From assembly GCA_964572875.1 (NCBI GenBank), contig CAZNGE010000001.1, positions 24,834-88,833 of the forward strand: DNA of 64,000 nucleotides, written 5' to 3'. The position numbers and the translations under genes were made by a program. This document shows positions 48,208 to 56,723 of this stretch, piece by piece. This stretch comes from an uncultured Methanosarcinales archaeon (GTDB taxonomy: Archaea; Nanobdellota; Nanobdellia; Woesearchaeales; UBA11576). Under the pieces are notes generated by a model. That model was not told where the DNA came from. It ran no database searches and was given only the letters and a program-made list of their open reading frames with translations. Within the stretch, counting starts at the first letter, position 1; each line of letters starts with the position of its first letter.

Positions 48208-48807
48208 TCACTTTTTTGGTTGCTTTCGATTCTTCTTCGGTGACTTTATATGTGTGACTTCTGTCTTGCTCAGCACGGAATTCGGTATGAATATTATGTC
48301 TCCGCTCTTGGTCTCTATTTTTGTCTCGAGCAGGTTTATCTCGATTATCGTGCCCTGCATGCCCTTGACCTTTATCTTCTGGCCTATCCTGAACTCCTTC
48401 TTGCGCTGTATGAAGAAGCCGGCCATCGCGTTGGGTATGAAGTCCTTTATCCCGAGGAACGTGGACAGTATTATCAGGATGATGACGCCCGCTGCTATCA
48501 TGTGCAGTATGGTAGATACGAGCCCGACCTGCTGGAGCACTATGACTATCGTCACGAAATAGATGAAGTAGGTGGTGAATGACTCTGCTATCTCCTCTAT
48601 CTTCATCGTCATCCCCGCGAGCTTGGTGAAGTTCTCGTTCAGCTCGAAGCTGTGCAGGAACTTGTATATCAGCCTCCCGCATATCTTGCCGAGGATGAAT
48701 CCTATCAGCAGCAACACTATCGCTACTATGAACTTGTAGAACAGCCCGGAAGTAGACTCCCTCACCAGTTGGTATATCTCGACAATGGTATCTGTAAGCG
48801 CAGTCAT
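48208..48807 (-). CDS. Small MscS-like mechanosensitive channel protein
   Basis: Three TM helices followed by a beta domain with a GDIIFIPNS motif. Confidence 0.6.
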   Translation of the reverse strand: MTALTDTIVEIYQLVRESTSGLFYKFIVAIVLLLIGFILGKICGRLIYKFLHSFELNENFTKLAGMTMKIEEIAESFTTYFIYFVTIVIVLQQVGLVSTILHMIAAGVIILIILSTFLGIKDFIPNAMAGFFIQRKKEFRIGQKIKVKGMQGTIIEINLLETKIETKSGDIIFIPNSVLSKTEVTHIKSPKKNRKQPKK

Positions 48808-48973
48808 CCAGAAAACATTGTGCTTCCTTGTTTATATATTTTGTTGATTACGCAGGCACGTTTGCAGCGCATTATTGACGGGCGGGGTGGGCGGTGGGGA
48901 GCTGGAAGGCGGGTACAGATAAGCCCTTAAACCCACAACAACCTTTAAATACATCTTTTCATGAAGACCGACC

Positions 48974-50137
48974 ATGGCAAAACGACTCTCGAAGAAGGCC
49001 AAGAAGGAGATGGACTCCAAGACAGCCAGTGCGCCTAAGAAGAAGGCATCGAACTGGGATCGCATCCAGGAGATGGAGAAAGAGCTCAGCAGCATGCAGT
49101 ACAACAAGCGCACCCAGCACCATTACGGCCTGGTGCGCGCCAAGATCGCTCAGCTCAAGCAGAAGGAGGAGGCGAGAAGGTCCCAGGGCCCTAAGACCAC
49201 GGGCTACTCGCTGAAGAAGAGCGGTGACGCCACTGTAATCCTTGTAGGCTTCCCATCTGCAGGCAAGTCGAGCCTGCTCAACGCGATCACCAATGCGAAC
49301 TCTCCTGTAGGCGCCTACGAGTTCACCACGTTGGATGTCATCCCCGGCCTGCTTGAGCACAAGGACGCAAAGATCCAGATACTTGACGTGCCGGGCATAG
49401 TCATGGGTGCGGCATCAGGCAGGGGCAGGGGCAGGGAGGTTCTTTCAGTCCTGCAGAACGCGGACCTGGCACTCATAATACTCGATACCCTCAGGCCCAA
49501 CGCCCACAAGGTCATACAGAAAGAGATTAACGACGCTCATCTGCGCCTCAACAAGAGGCGGCCGGATGTCAAGATAATGAAGAAGAGCAAGGACGGCATC
49601 AGGATAGGAAAGACAGTCAAGCTGCCTAAGCTCTCTGATGAGACCATAAGGTCGATCTGCAGGGAGTTCCGGATCAACAATGCAGACATACTCATACGGA
49701 GCGAGATTGAGGTCGATGATTTCATCGATGTCATCGAGAGGAACAAGGTATACATCCCAGGCCTCACAGTGCTGAACAAGATAGACCTCGTGGATAAAAA
49801 GCGCCTTGAGGAGATAAAGGAGGAGATCAGGCCCGACCTATGCATATCCGCAGAGAAAGGGACAAACGTCGACAGGATCAAGGACCTGATATTCGACAGG
49901 CTGGACTTCATCAGGGTGTACTGCAAGGAGACAGGCAAGAAAGCGGACCTCGAGGTGCCTATGATAATGCGGCGTGGAAACACGATCCGCGACATGTGCG
50001 AGAAGCTGCACCGCGACTTCGTCACGAAGTTCAGGTTCGCGAAGGTCTGGGGCCCGAGCGCCAAGTTCCCTGGCCAGCGCTTCATGCTCAACCACGTGCT
50101 CAAGGACGGCGATATAGTCCAGATATATCTCAACTAG
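48974..50137 (+). CDS. DRG/Obg-family GTPase with C-terminal TGS domain
   Basis: GFPSAGKSSLLNAIT G1, DVPGIV G3, NKID G4, C-terminal TGS (DGDIVQIY). Exact start uncertain (N-terminal K-rich region). Confidence 0.85.
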   Translation: MAKRLSKKAKKEMDSKTASAPKKKASNWDRIQEMEKELSSMQYNKRTQHHYGLVRAKIAQLKQKEEARRSQGPKTTGYSLKKSGDATVILVGFPSAGKSSLLNAITNANSPVGAYEFTTLDVIPGLLEHKDAKIQILDVPGIVMGAASGRGRGREVLSVLQNADLALIILDTLRPNAHKVIQKEINDAHLRLNKRRPDVKIMKKSKDGIRIGKTVKLPKLSDETIRSICREFRINNADILIRSEIEVDDFIDVIERNKVYIPGLTVLNKIDLVDKKRLEEIKEEIRPDLCISAEKGTNVDRIKDLIFDRLDFIRVYCKETGKKADLEVPMIMRRGNTIRDMCEKLHRDFVTKFRFAKVWGPSAKFPGQRFMLNHVLKDGDIVQIYLN

Positions 50138-50192
50138 CGCAATCATAAGTTTTATATACCTAACAGTCATTTCCTGAAGTTGAGGTGATATC

Positions 50193-50279
50193 ATGCCAGG
50201 ATGCTGTGCGTGTGGACCTAAAAAGAAGAAAGTTGCAAAGAAAAAGCCCGCTAAGAAGAAAGCAGTCAAGAAAAAGTAA
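50193..50279 (+). CDS. Candidate 28-aa peptide MPGCCACGPKKKKVAKKKPAKKKAVKKK
   Basis: TGAGGTGA RBS 5 nt upstream of ATG. Cys cluster plus poly-Lys. Very short. Confidence 0.25.
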   Translation: MPGCCACGPKKKKVAKKKPAKKKAVKKK

Positions 50280-50294
50280 ATCATTTAACTTTTT

Positions 50295-50945
50295 TTATTC
50301 TTCTTTCCATCCGTCCTTACCGACCAGCGGGACGAATGCGCAGTCGCATATCTTTCTCTCTTTGAATTCATCGCCTGACCGTGTCAGCTTGACCAGTGCC
50401 TGGCCATAGGGCCCGCCGACAGGTATGACAAGCCTCCCACCGTCAACAAGTTGCTCCTTCAATGCCTCCGGCACCTTGAAGCAGGCTGCTGTCACGATTA
50501 TGGCATCATATGGCGCGTTCTTCTTCAGTCCCAGGGTTCCGTCACCGACGACGACAGTCACGTTCATGTAGCATAACTTCTTGAGCATGCTCTCCGCATG
50601 TTCCGCAAGTGCAGGTATCCGCTCCACAGAATAGACTGTCTTGGCCAGCCGGGAAAGCACCCCTGCCTGGTAGCCTGAGCCGCATCCGACCTCAAGCACC
50701 TTATCATTACCTTTCAGCTCCAGCTCCTGTGTCATCAGCGCGACGATGTAAGGCTGCGATATGGTCTGCCCTTCTGCAATAGGGAGAGGAAAGTCGCCAT
50801 ATGCTACATCCCGCAGCTCGTGCGGCAGGAACTCGTGGCGGGGGACCTCGAGCATCGCTTTCAGGACTCCAGCGTCAACTATATCGCGCGCTTTCAGCTG
50901 CGCCTCTACCATTCTCCTTCTCGGTTCCTCAAGCGCCATGCTCAT
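50295..50945 (-). CDS. pcm: Protein-L-isoaspartate O-methyltransferase
   Basis: TISQPYIVALM and VLEVGCGSGYQAGVL SAM motifs. 216 aa. Confidence 0.88.
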   Translation of the reverse strand: MSMALEEPRRRMVEAQLKARDIVDAGVLKAMLEVPRHEFLPHELRDVAYGDFPLPIAEGQTISQPYIVALMTQELELKGNDKVLEVGCGSGYQAGVLSRLAKTVYSVERIPALAEHAESMLKKLCYMNVTVVVGDGTLGLKKNAPYDAIIVTAACFKVPEALKEQLVDGGRLVIPVGGPYGQALVKLTRSGDEFKERKICDCAFVPLVGKDGWKEE

Positions 50946-51123
50946 CCCTTTGTCTTGCGTATCTTCTTCTGCTTGACAAGCTTCTCATGCACAGGGAGGT
51001 CTGAGTCCGCATCCACTTCGTAAAGGTCTTCAATCTCCTCTTCGAGTTTTGTTTTTTTCTTTTTTTTTCTGAACAGATCCATATTAACACCTGCCTATCC
51101 ACTATTTAACAATTTAGCAATAT

Positions 51124-51489
51124 TCACTTCTTGAACAGCAGCCAGTTCTTAGGCCCCGCCTTCTCGAACTTCAGCAGCACGTATTCGCCTTTCAGCTTCT
51201 TCCCTTTCAGATCAAACACCATCTTTGATTTATGCTCGCTCATCATTTCATAAGTGCCTCTGTCCCATATCTTCACAGTCCCTGCTCCATACTGCCCTTC
51301 GGGTATCCTGCCCTCGAAATCAGCATAATCCAGGTCATGGTCATCTACCTGCACTGCCAGCCGTTTCACGCCGGCGGATTTCGGCGGCTCTTTCGGCACT
51401 GCCCAGCTCTTCAGCACTCCACCCATCTCCAGCCTGAAGTCCCAGTGATGGTGCGATGCCTTGTGTTCCTGGACTACGAATATTGCCAT
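51124..51489 (-). CDS. Stand-alone LigD-type 3'-phosphoesterase (PE) domain protein
   Basis: FVVQEHKASHHHWDFRLE...VLKSWAVPKEP...KRLAVQVDDHDLDY...EGRIPEGQYGAG matches the LigD PE signature. The track ORF 51124..51819 has a 110-aa low-complexity N-terminal extension judged non-coding (it overlaps the convincing + strand gene 51575..51826). Confidence 0.7.
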   Translation of the reverse strand: MAIFVVQEHKASHHHWDFRLEMGGVLKSWAVPKEPPKSAGVKRLAVQVDDHDLDYADFEGRIPEGQYGAGTVKIWDRGTYEMMSEHKSKMVFDLKGKKLKGEYVLLKFEKAGPKNWLLFKK

Positions 51490-51574
51490 ATTGGTTACCA
51501 TGACGTCGCAATATTTAAATAATATGGTGGTATAATGGGAGGCATAACCAAAAACATATTGGGGGAGTGGAACG

Positions 51575-51826
51575 ATGCCTGAAGAAGAGATTGGGAAGAT
51601 AACGCATTTCTTCGACAAGATCAGCGTAGCAGTGCTGAGCCTTACAGGAGACCTTAAGGTAGGAGATAAGATCCGCATCGAAGCGTCTGAGCCTTTCGTC
51701 CAGACAGTATCATCGATGCAGGTAGAGCACAAGGACATCCAGGAAGCCAAGGCCGGCGATGATGTCGGCATGAAGACAGACAAGCCCTGCAGGGATGGGG
51801 ATAAGGTCATTAAGCTCACTGAATGA
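51575..51826 (+). CDS. Small conserved hypothetical protein (83 aa; EF-Tu domain-2-like beta-barrel fold guess)
   Basis: GGGGGAG RBS 9 nt upstream. Non-repetitive sequence. T-rich terminator immediately downstream. Confidence 0.5.
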   Translation: MPEEEIGKITHFFDKISVAVLSLTGDLKVGDKIRIEASEPFVQTVSSMQVEHKDIQEAKAGDDVGMKTDKPCRDGDKVIKLTE

Positions 51827-51850
51827 TTTTTATTTTTCTTTTATTATGGA
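51827..51850 (+). terminator. T-tract terminator (tttttatttttcttttatt) after 51575..51826
   Basis: Consecutive oligo-T runs directly after the stop codon. Confidence 0.4.
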
Positions 51851-51868
51851 TTAGAATTCTGCAATAAT

Positions 51869-53272
51869 CTACTTAAGCCGTATCTTCTTGCCGCCTTTCA
51901 TGCCAGGCATCCCGGGCATGCCTTTGCCGCCGCCCATGCGCTTCATCATCTTCTCCATCTGCTTCGGCGAGCCGCCGCCCAGTCCCTTGAGCGACTTGAC
52001 CATCTTCTTGCTCTGCTTGTACTGCTTGAGCAGCTCCCTTACCTCGTTCGGGTTGACGCCAGCTCCTTTCGCTATCCTGTCGATGCGCGATGTGGTCATG
52101 ACAGCGTCAGGGTCCTCCAGCTCTTCCTTAGTACATGAATCAAGTATGAACTTCCATTTCTTGAGTTTCCCTTCCTGCACCTGCAGCGCTTCCTTGGGTA
52201 TCTTGAGCCCGCCCATGCCTGGTATCATCTCCATGACCTTACCAAGGGGACCCATCTTCTTCATGGCACTCATCTGCTCGTAGAGGTCGAGAAGGTTGAA
52301 ATCTCCCTTGAGCAGCTTCTTGCCGAGGTCCTGCGCATCCTCTTCTGTTATGGCCTCGCGCGCCTTCTCAAGCAGGCCTTCGAGGTCGCCCATGCCGAGC
52401 ATCTTTCCGACAAATCTCTCTGGCGAATAGACCTCGAGGTCATCAACTTTCTCGCCGACCCCGACGAACTTGACCTTTGCCCCTGTGACTGAGCATGCTA
52501 TCAGTGCCCCGCCGCCTTTGGCGGTTCCTTCAAGCTTTGTGATTATGACTCCTGTGACATCACAGGTCTCGTGGAATATTTTTGCCTGCCGTTCTGCTGC
52601 CTGGCCGACATCCGCTCCTATGACGAGCAGCTTCTCGTCTGCCTGCACTGCCTTGTGTATGCTATTCAGCTCCTCGATGAGCTCGTCAGAGAGTGCGTCC
52701 CTTCCTGCAGTGTCGATGATTACAACGTCAAAGTCCTTGAGCTGCGGCTCAAACTCCTTGTATATCTTAGTAGGATCCTTCAGCTCTGGCTTGCCGAACA
52801 CAGGCACGTTTATCTGCGCTCCGAGCTGCCTCAGCTGCTCGAACGCCGCAGGCCTCCATGTGTCTGTAGACATCACTGCGACCTTATACCCGCGCTTCTG
52901 GTAGTACTTGGCCAGCTTTGCGGTGGTTGTGGTCTTTCCATGTCCGAAAAGCCCTACGAGCATTATCTTTGTGGGCTTCTTTGTTATCTCTATCTTCGAC
53001 TCCGACTCTCCGAGGAACCTTACAAGCTCCTCATACACCACCTTTATGAGGAACTCCTTCTTGGTCAGGCCTGCAGGCGCCTCTTCCTTCAGCACCCGTT
53101 CTTTTATCTGCTTGGTGAGGTCGAAGACCATCTTGACATTGACGTCTGACTGCAGCAATGCCCTCTGGATGTCCTTGACAAGCTCATTTACCAGCTTCTC
53201 ATCTACAAAGATTGCCTTGCCTATCTTGCCCAGTGTATCCTTCAATGAACTTCCAAGTTTTTCTAGCACCAT
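51869..53272 (-). CDS. ffh: Signal recognition particle protein SRP54
   Basis: GLFGHGKTTTTAKLA P-loop, DTAGR, and a Met-rich C-terminal M domain (GMGGLKIP...MKKMG). Confidence 0.92.
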   Translation of the reverse strand: MVLEKLGSSLKDTLGKIGKAIFVDEKLVNELVKDIQRALLQSDVNVKMVFDLTKQIKERVLKEEAPAGLTKKEFLIKVVYEELVRFLGESESKIEITKKPTKIMLVGLFGHGKTTTTAKLAKYYQKRGYKVAVMSTDTWRPAAFEQLRQLGAQINVPVFGKPELKDPTKIYKEFEPQLKDFDVVIIDTAGRDALSDELIEELNSIHKAVQADEKLLVIGADVGQAAERQAKIFHETCDVTGVIITKLEGTAKGGGALIACSVTGAKVKFVGVGEKVDDLEVYSPERFVGKMLGMGDLEGLLEKAREAITEEDAQDLGKKLLKGDFNLLDLYEQMSAMKKMGPLGKVMEMIPGMGGLKIPKEALQVQEGKLKKWKFILDSCTKEELEDPDAVMTTSRIDRIAKGAGVNPNEVRELLKQYKQSKKMVKSLKGLGGGSPKQMEKMMKRMGGGKGMPGMPGMKGGKKIRLK

Positions 53273-53288
53273 ACACCACCTTGAATAG

Positions 53289-53304
53289 ACCTTTATTTAT
53301 AAAG
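53289..53304. promoter_or_regulatory. Near-palindromic BRE/TATA element cctttatttataaagg, positioned to serve SRP54 (minus) and/or the downstream + strand RNA
   Basis: Lies about 20-30 nt from the SRP54 start and about 30 nt upstream of the 53333 helix start. Confidence 0.35.
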
Positions 53305-53332
53305 GTTATTGCGCTATTGAATATATCCCAAG

Positions 53333-53485
53333 ACTGGCCAGCGCCACCGCTCTTAGCGTGTCCGCAGGCTAGCGCTAGCGTCAAATCACAGACCCTGCAC
53401 ATCTCCAGAAACATGCGCTTCGACAGAAGCAGTGGGTAAATCGTCGCTAACAGGGAAACTCAGTCTAGCAGCGTGGCGCTGGCCA
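53333..53485. ncRNA. Candidate structured ncRNA closed by a 16-bp terminal helix (TGGCCAGCGCCACCGCT / AGCGTGGCGCTGGCCA)
   Basis: Long terminal inverted repeat with one bulge. Nested helices TTAGCG/CGCTAA and ACCCTGC/GCAGTGGGT. Internal GCTAGCGCTAGC palindrome. GAAGCAG motif reminiscent of SRP RNA domain IV. No ORF. Confidence 0.3.
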
Positions 53486-53572
53486 AACAAACTAGGGCTC
53501 TCCAGCACCTAGACCCACCCGTCAAAATCCACCACAACATTTATAAATAGAAATGCTGTCTTTTTAAGCATA

Positions 53573-54448
53573 ATGTTTTGGAAAAAAGAGGTTGCAGCTA
53601 CTCCTGTAGATAAAGGCCTGTCCAAGATACTTAAGAACGTAACTTCTCTCAACAAGCAGCCTTTGATAATGGTGAAGAACATATCCAAGAGCTACAGGAA
53701 GAAGCTCGTGCTAAAGGATGTGACGTTCGAGGTTTTCTCCGGAGACATCTTCGGCCTGGTTGGGATGAGCGGCTCAGGCAAGACGACGCTGTTCCAGATC
53801 ATGGCAGGAATGATAACCATCCAGGCAGGCGACGTTCTCATAAGGCATGACATCACAGGACCCAAGAAGAAGCAGGACCTGCCGGACTACCTTTCTGTGT
53901 TCAGGAACCCTTACATCATAAAGAGGAACTTCGGCTTCGCTTCGCAGCTTCCGTCATTCTATGAGCACCTCACTGTGGAGGAGAACCTGCAGATGTACGG
54001 CTCGCTGTACGGCCTGAAGGACAAGCGCATCAAGGAGAACACATCGCACCTTCTCGGCCTTGTGGACCTGACAGATGAGCGCGACACCATCGCAGAAGAG
54101 CTGTCAGGAGGCATGCAGCGCAGGCTTGACATCGCTTGCTCATTGATCCATGACCCGAAGGTGCTGTTCCTTGACGAGCCGACATCAGACCTGGACCCTA
54201 TAATGCGGAAGCAGATATGGAAGCTTATACTGGAGATAAATAAGAAAGGCACGACGATTGTCCTCGCTTCGCACATACTCGAGGAAGTCGAGAGCCTCTG
54301 CACAAAGGTCGCGATAATACATGACAAGAGGGTGCTGGGCTACGGCACATTGAAGGAGCTTAAGGGCATGTTCAAGAGAGGGAAGAAGAGCAAGGGCACA
54401 TTGACCGATCTTTTCGAGACTCTCGCGAAAAAATCAGAGACCGCGTGA
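53573..54448 (+). CDS. ABC transporter ATP-binding protein
   Basis: GMSGSGKTT Walker A, LSGGMQRR signature, LFLDEPTSDLD Walker B. Alternative start at 53669 (MVKNISKSY). Confidence 0.85.
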   Translation: MFWKKEVAATPVDKGLSKILKNVTSLNKQPLIMVKNISKSYRKKLVLKDVTFEVFSGDIFGLVGMSGSGKTTLFQIMAGMITIQAGDVLIRHDITGPKKKQDLPDYLSVFRNPYIIKRNFGFASQLPSFYEHLTVEENLQMYGSLYGLKDKRIKENTSHLLGLVDLTDERDTIAEELSGGMQRRLDIACSLIHDPKVLFLDEPTSDLDPIMRKQIWKLILEINKKGTTIVLASHILEEVESLCTKVAIIHDKRVLGYGTLKELKGMFKRGKKSKGTLTDLFETLAKKSETA

Positions 54449-54452
54449 TACC

Positions 54453-56324
54453 ATGATAAAACTGCTTGAGCTGATAAAGAAGAACTTCAAGCTGCTCGTC
54501 AGGGCAAAGGTATCTGCGCTGGTGATATTCCTTGGACCTCTCCTCCTGGTCTCCCTTCTGGGACTTGCTTACAGCCAGTCGAGCGCTTTCAAGCTAAGCG
54601 CGGCAGTATACTCTGACGGATACACCCCGCTTTCCGATTCCCTGGTAGAGAAGATGATCAACCAGGACTTCAGGGTCGAGAAGCAGGCGTCATCAGAGCA
54701 CTGCATCGGCTCTGTGAAGATGGGCGAGACCCAGGCCTGCATCATATTCCCTGCAGGCATGTCTGTAGAGGAAGACAAGTCCAATGAGATAACATTCTAT
54801 GTCGATTATTCCCAGATAAACCTTGTCTGGCTAATGCTTGATGTCATGTCCGCAAGAGTGTCAGAGCGTTCTGAGGAGATATCCAAGGAGCTTACAGGTG
54901 ATATCCTTAGCAGGATGTGGTTCATAGAGGAGAAGATAAAGACCAGCAGGTCTGACGCTGCATCCATGAAGACCCAGGGAGAAACGATTACCGCGAGCAG
55001 CAGCGGGATGCAGACAGGCTTCAAGAGGCTGGACATCTCGGTGGATTTCTCAGGCATCGACCTGGAAGGGGCAAAGAACAGCAGCGCAGGGATAAAGTCG
55101 GCGCTCGCAGACATAAAGTCTCTTGCAGCCAACCTCTCAACCTCCACCAAGTCGGACTTTGGCAGCATAGAAGGCTCTGCCAACGACATCGCCTCCATGA
55201 CCAACCAGTCAGATGTCATCGCAGAGACAGATGACATAGATGATGCGGTCAACGATGTCCAGGACGCCATAGAAGCATTGGTAGAGAACGTCGACGCTGA
55301 CGCAGACAATGCATCTGGAAAGGCGGATAATGTAATTGCCGAGCTCAATGCGATAAGCCTTCTGTTGGACCAGACAAAATCAAAGATAGCCGAGGTCAAG
55401 AATAAGCGGGATGATCTCCTGACCAATTTCGACTCGCTCTCAGCGTCCATAACGACGATCAACGCGAACATAGACACATTGCAGGGCGCGCTTGACGAGG
55501 CCCTGCAGAAGATAAACGCTGTCAAGGGAAAGACTGCTGAGAGCGTAGCCGCACCTATCACGACCAGGATAGAGCCGGTCACGACGCAGAAGACCCACTT
55601 CAACTCATTGTTCCCGACATTGCTTGTTCTCGTCATAATGATAACAGGCATCCTGCTCTCTTCCACATTGATCATAGTGGACAAGAAATCAAGGGCTTTC
55701 CTGAGGAACAACTTCACCCCGACATCATACTTCACGTTCAATCTCTCTACATACATCACGAGCCTGATAGTCCTTCTGATCCAGCTCCTGCTTTTCGTCA
55801 GCGTTAGCGCGTTCTTCTTCGAGACAGATGTGCTGGCGTCAATATGGCTGATACTGCTGCTCGTTCTGCTGACCTGCACTGTGTTCGTCTGCATAGGGAT
55901 GTTCATCGGATTTCTCTTCAGTACAGAGGAGACTGTGACGCTCGCTTCCATAACCCTGGCAACGGTGTTCCTGATGTTCTCCAGCGCAGTCATACCTTTG
56001 GAGAGCCTTCCCGCTTATCTGAAGAGCATTGCCATGTTCAACCCGTTCGTCATAAGCGAGATAGCGTTCAGGCAGTCAATCATATTCCAGCTTGGCTTTT
56101 CAGAGATAATGGGCAGCCTTGGCTTCCTTGCTGCATACGCGATAGGGATATTCGCGCTTCTTATACTGACGCAGAACGCGTTGAGGAAGCTGTCTTTCAT
56201 GCATTTTACCAGGCTTCATTTCGGGTCTTCATCATTCGCCAAGAAGAAGAAAGGCAGCGCGAAACTGGTAAAGCCTGAACCTCCAAGGAAGAAGGATATA
56301 AACGAGCTCGCAGTAAAGAAATAG
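54453..56324 (+). CDS. ABC-2 type permease with large extracytoplasmic coiled-coil domain (YhgE/Pip-like architecture)
   Basis: N-terminal TM. Roughly 330-aa Ala/Ser/Asp-rich coiled-coil region. Five C-terminal TM helices. Confidence 0.72.
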   Translation: MIKLLELIKKNFKLLVRAKVSALVIFLGPLLLVSLLGLAYSQSSAFKLSAAVYSDGYTPLSDSLVEKMINQDFRVEKQASSEHCIGSVKMGETQACIIFPAGMSVEEDKSNEITFYVDYSQINLVWLMLDVMSARVSERSEEISKELTGDILSRMWFIEEKIKTSRSDAASMKTQGETITASSSGMQTGFKRLDISVDFSGIDLEGAKNSSAGIKSALADIKSLAANLSTSTKSDFGSIEGSANDIASMTNQSDVIAETDDIDDAVNDVQDAIEALVENVDADADNASGKADNVIAELNAISLLLDQTKSKIAEVKNKRDDLLTNFDSLSASITTINANIDTLQGALDEALQKINAVKGKTAESVAAPITTRIEPVTTQKTHFNSLFPTLLVLVIMITGILLSSTLIIVDKKSRAFLRNNFTPTSYFTFNLSTYITSLIVLLIQLLLFVSVSAFFFETDVLASIWLILLLVLLTCTVFVCIGMFIGFLFSTEETVTLASITLATVFLMFSSAVIPLESLPAYLKSIAMFNPFVISEIAFRQSIIFQLGFSEIMGSLGFLAAYAIGIFALLILTQNALRKLSFMHFTRLHFGSSSFAKKKKGSAKLVKPEPPRKKDINELAVKK

Positions 56325-56536
56325 CCTGCTCAACAATCCTAAGCACCCAACAACCAACCACTCATTTCTACAAATAAACAATATAAATACTAAAATACTA
56401 GGTTTTAGTAAAAAAACAAACAATAATTATTATATAAAAACAAGGTTTTAGTATATGCATAGCGATCAATTCAGTCATAACCATAAGGTAAATGAGGTAA
56501 TCATCATATGTTTCAAGCTCCTTCGGAGATAGCTCG

Positions 56537-56719
56537 ATGTCAGGGGTTGTGTATGACGCAAGTCAGGCAACCCTTGACTTTATTTTTCCAGCAAACGGGC
56601 TGCTGGACATTCACGGGGGGTATTTTACTTACCGCTTAGATGGATCTCGGCATTCTCCGAAGAACAAGAAAGAGGTAGCGAGAGCTTTGGAGGAAAATCG
56701 GAACAACACACGAAGGTGA
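56537..56719 (+). CDS. Candidate small protein (60 aa)
   Basis: GGAGAT RBS. Stop sits inside the RBS of the next gene. No homology recognised. Confidence 0.3.
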   Translation: MSGVVYDASQATLDFIFPANGLLDIHGGYFTYRLDGSRHSPKNKKEVARALEENRNNTRR

Positions 56720-56723
56720 GAAA

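Noticed and set aside
51490-51819. N-terminal 110 codons of track ORF 51124..51819
   Set aside because: S/T/L low-complexity with no homology. Overlaps the well-supported + strand gene 51575..51826. LigD-PE homology starts only at Met 51489.
53333-53485. Full-length SRP (7S) RNA
   Set aside because: The helix-enclosed element is only about 150 nt, whereas archaeal SRP RNAs are about 300 nt with Alu-domain helices that I cannot find. Retained only as a generic structured-RNA candidate.
54806-55993. 395-aa minus-strand ORF inside the ABC-2 permease gene
   Set aside because: Antisense of the Ala/Ser/Asp-rich coiled-coil ectodomain region. Compositional mirror artefact.
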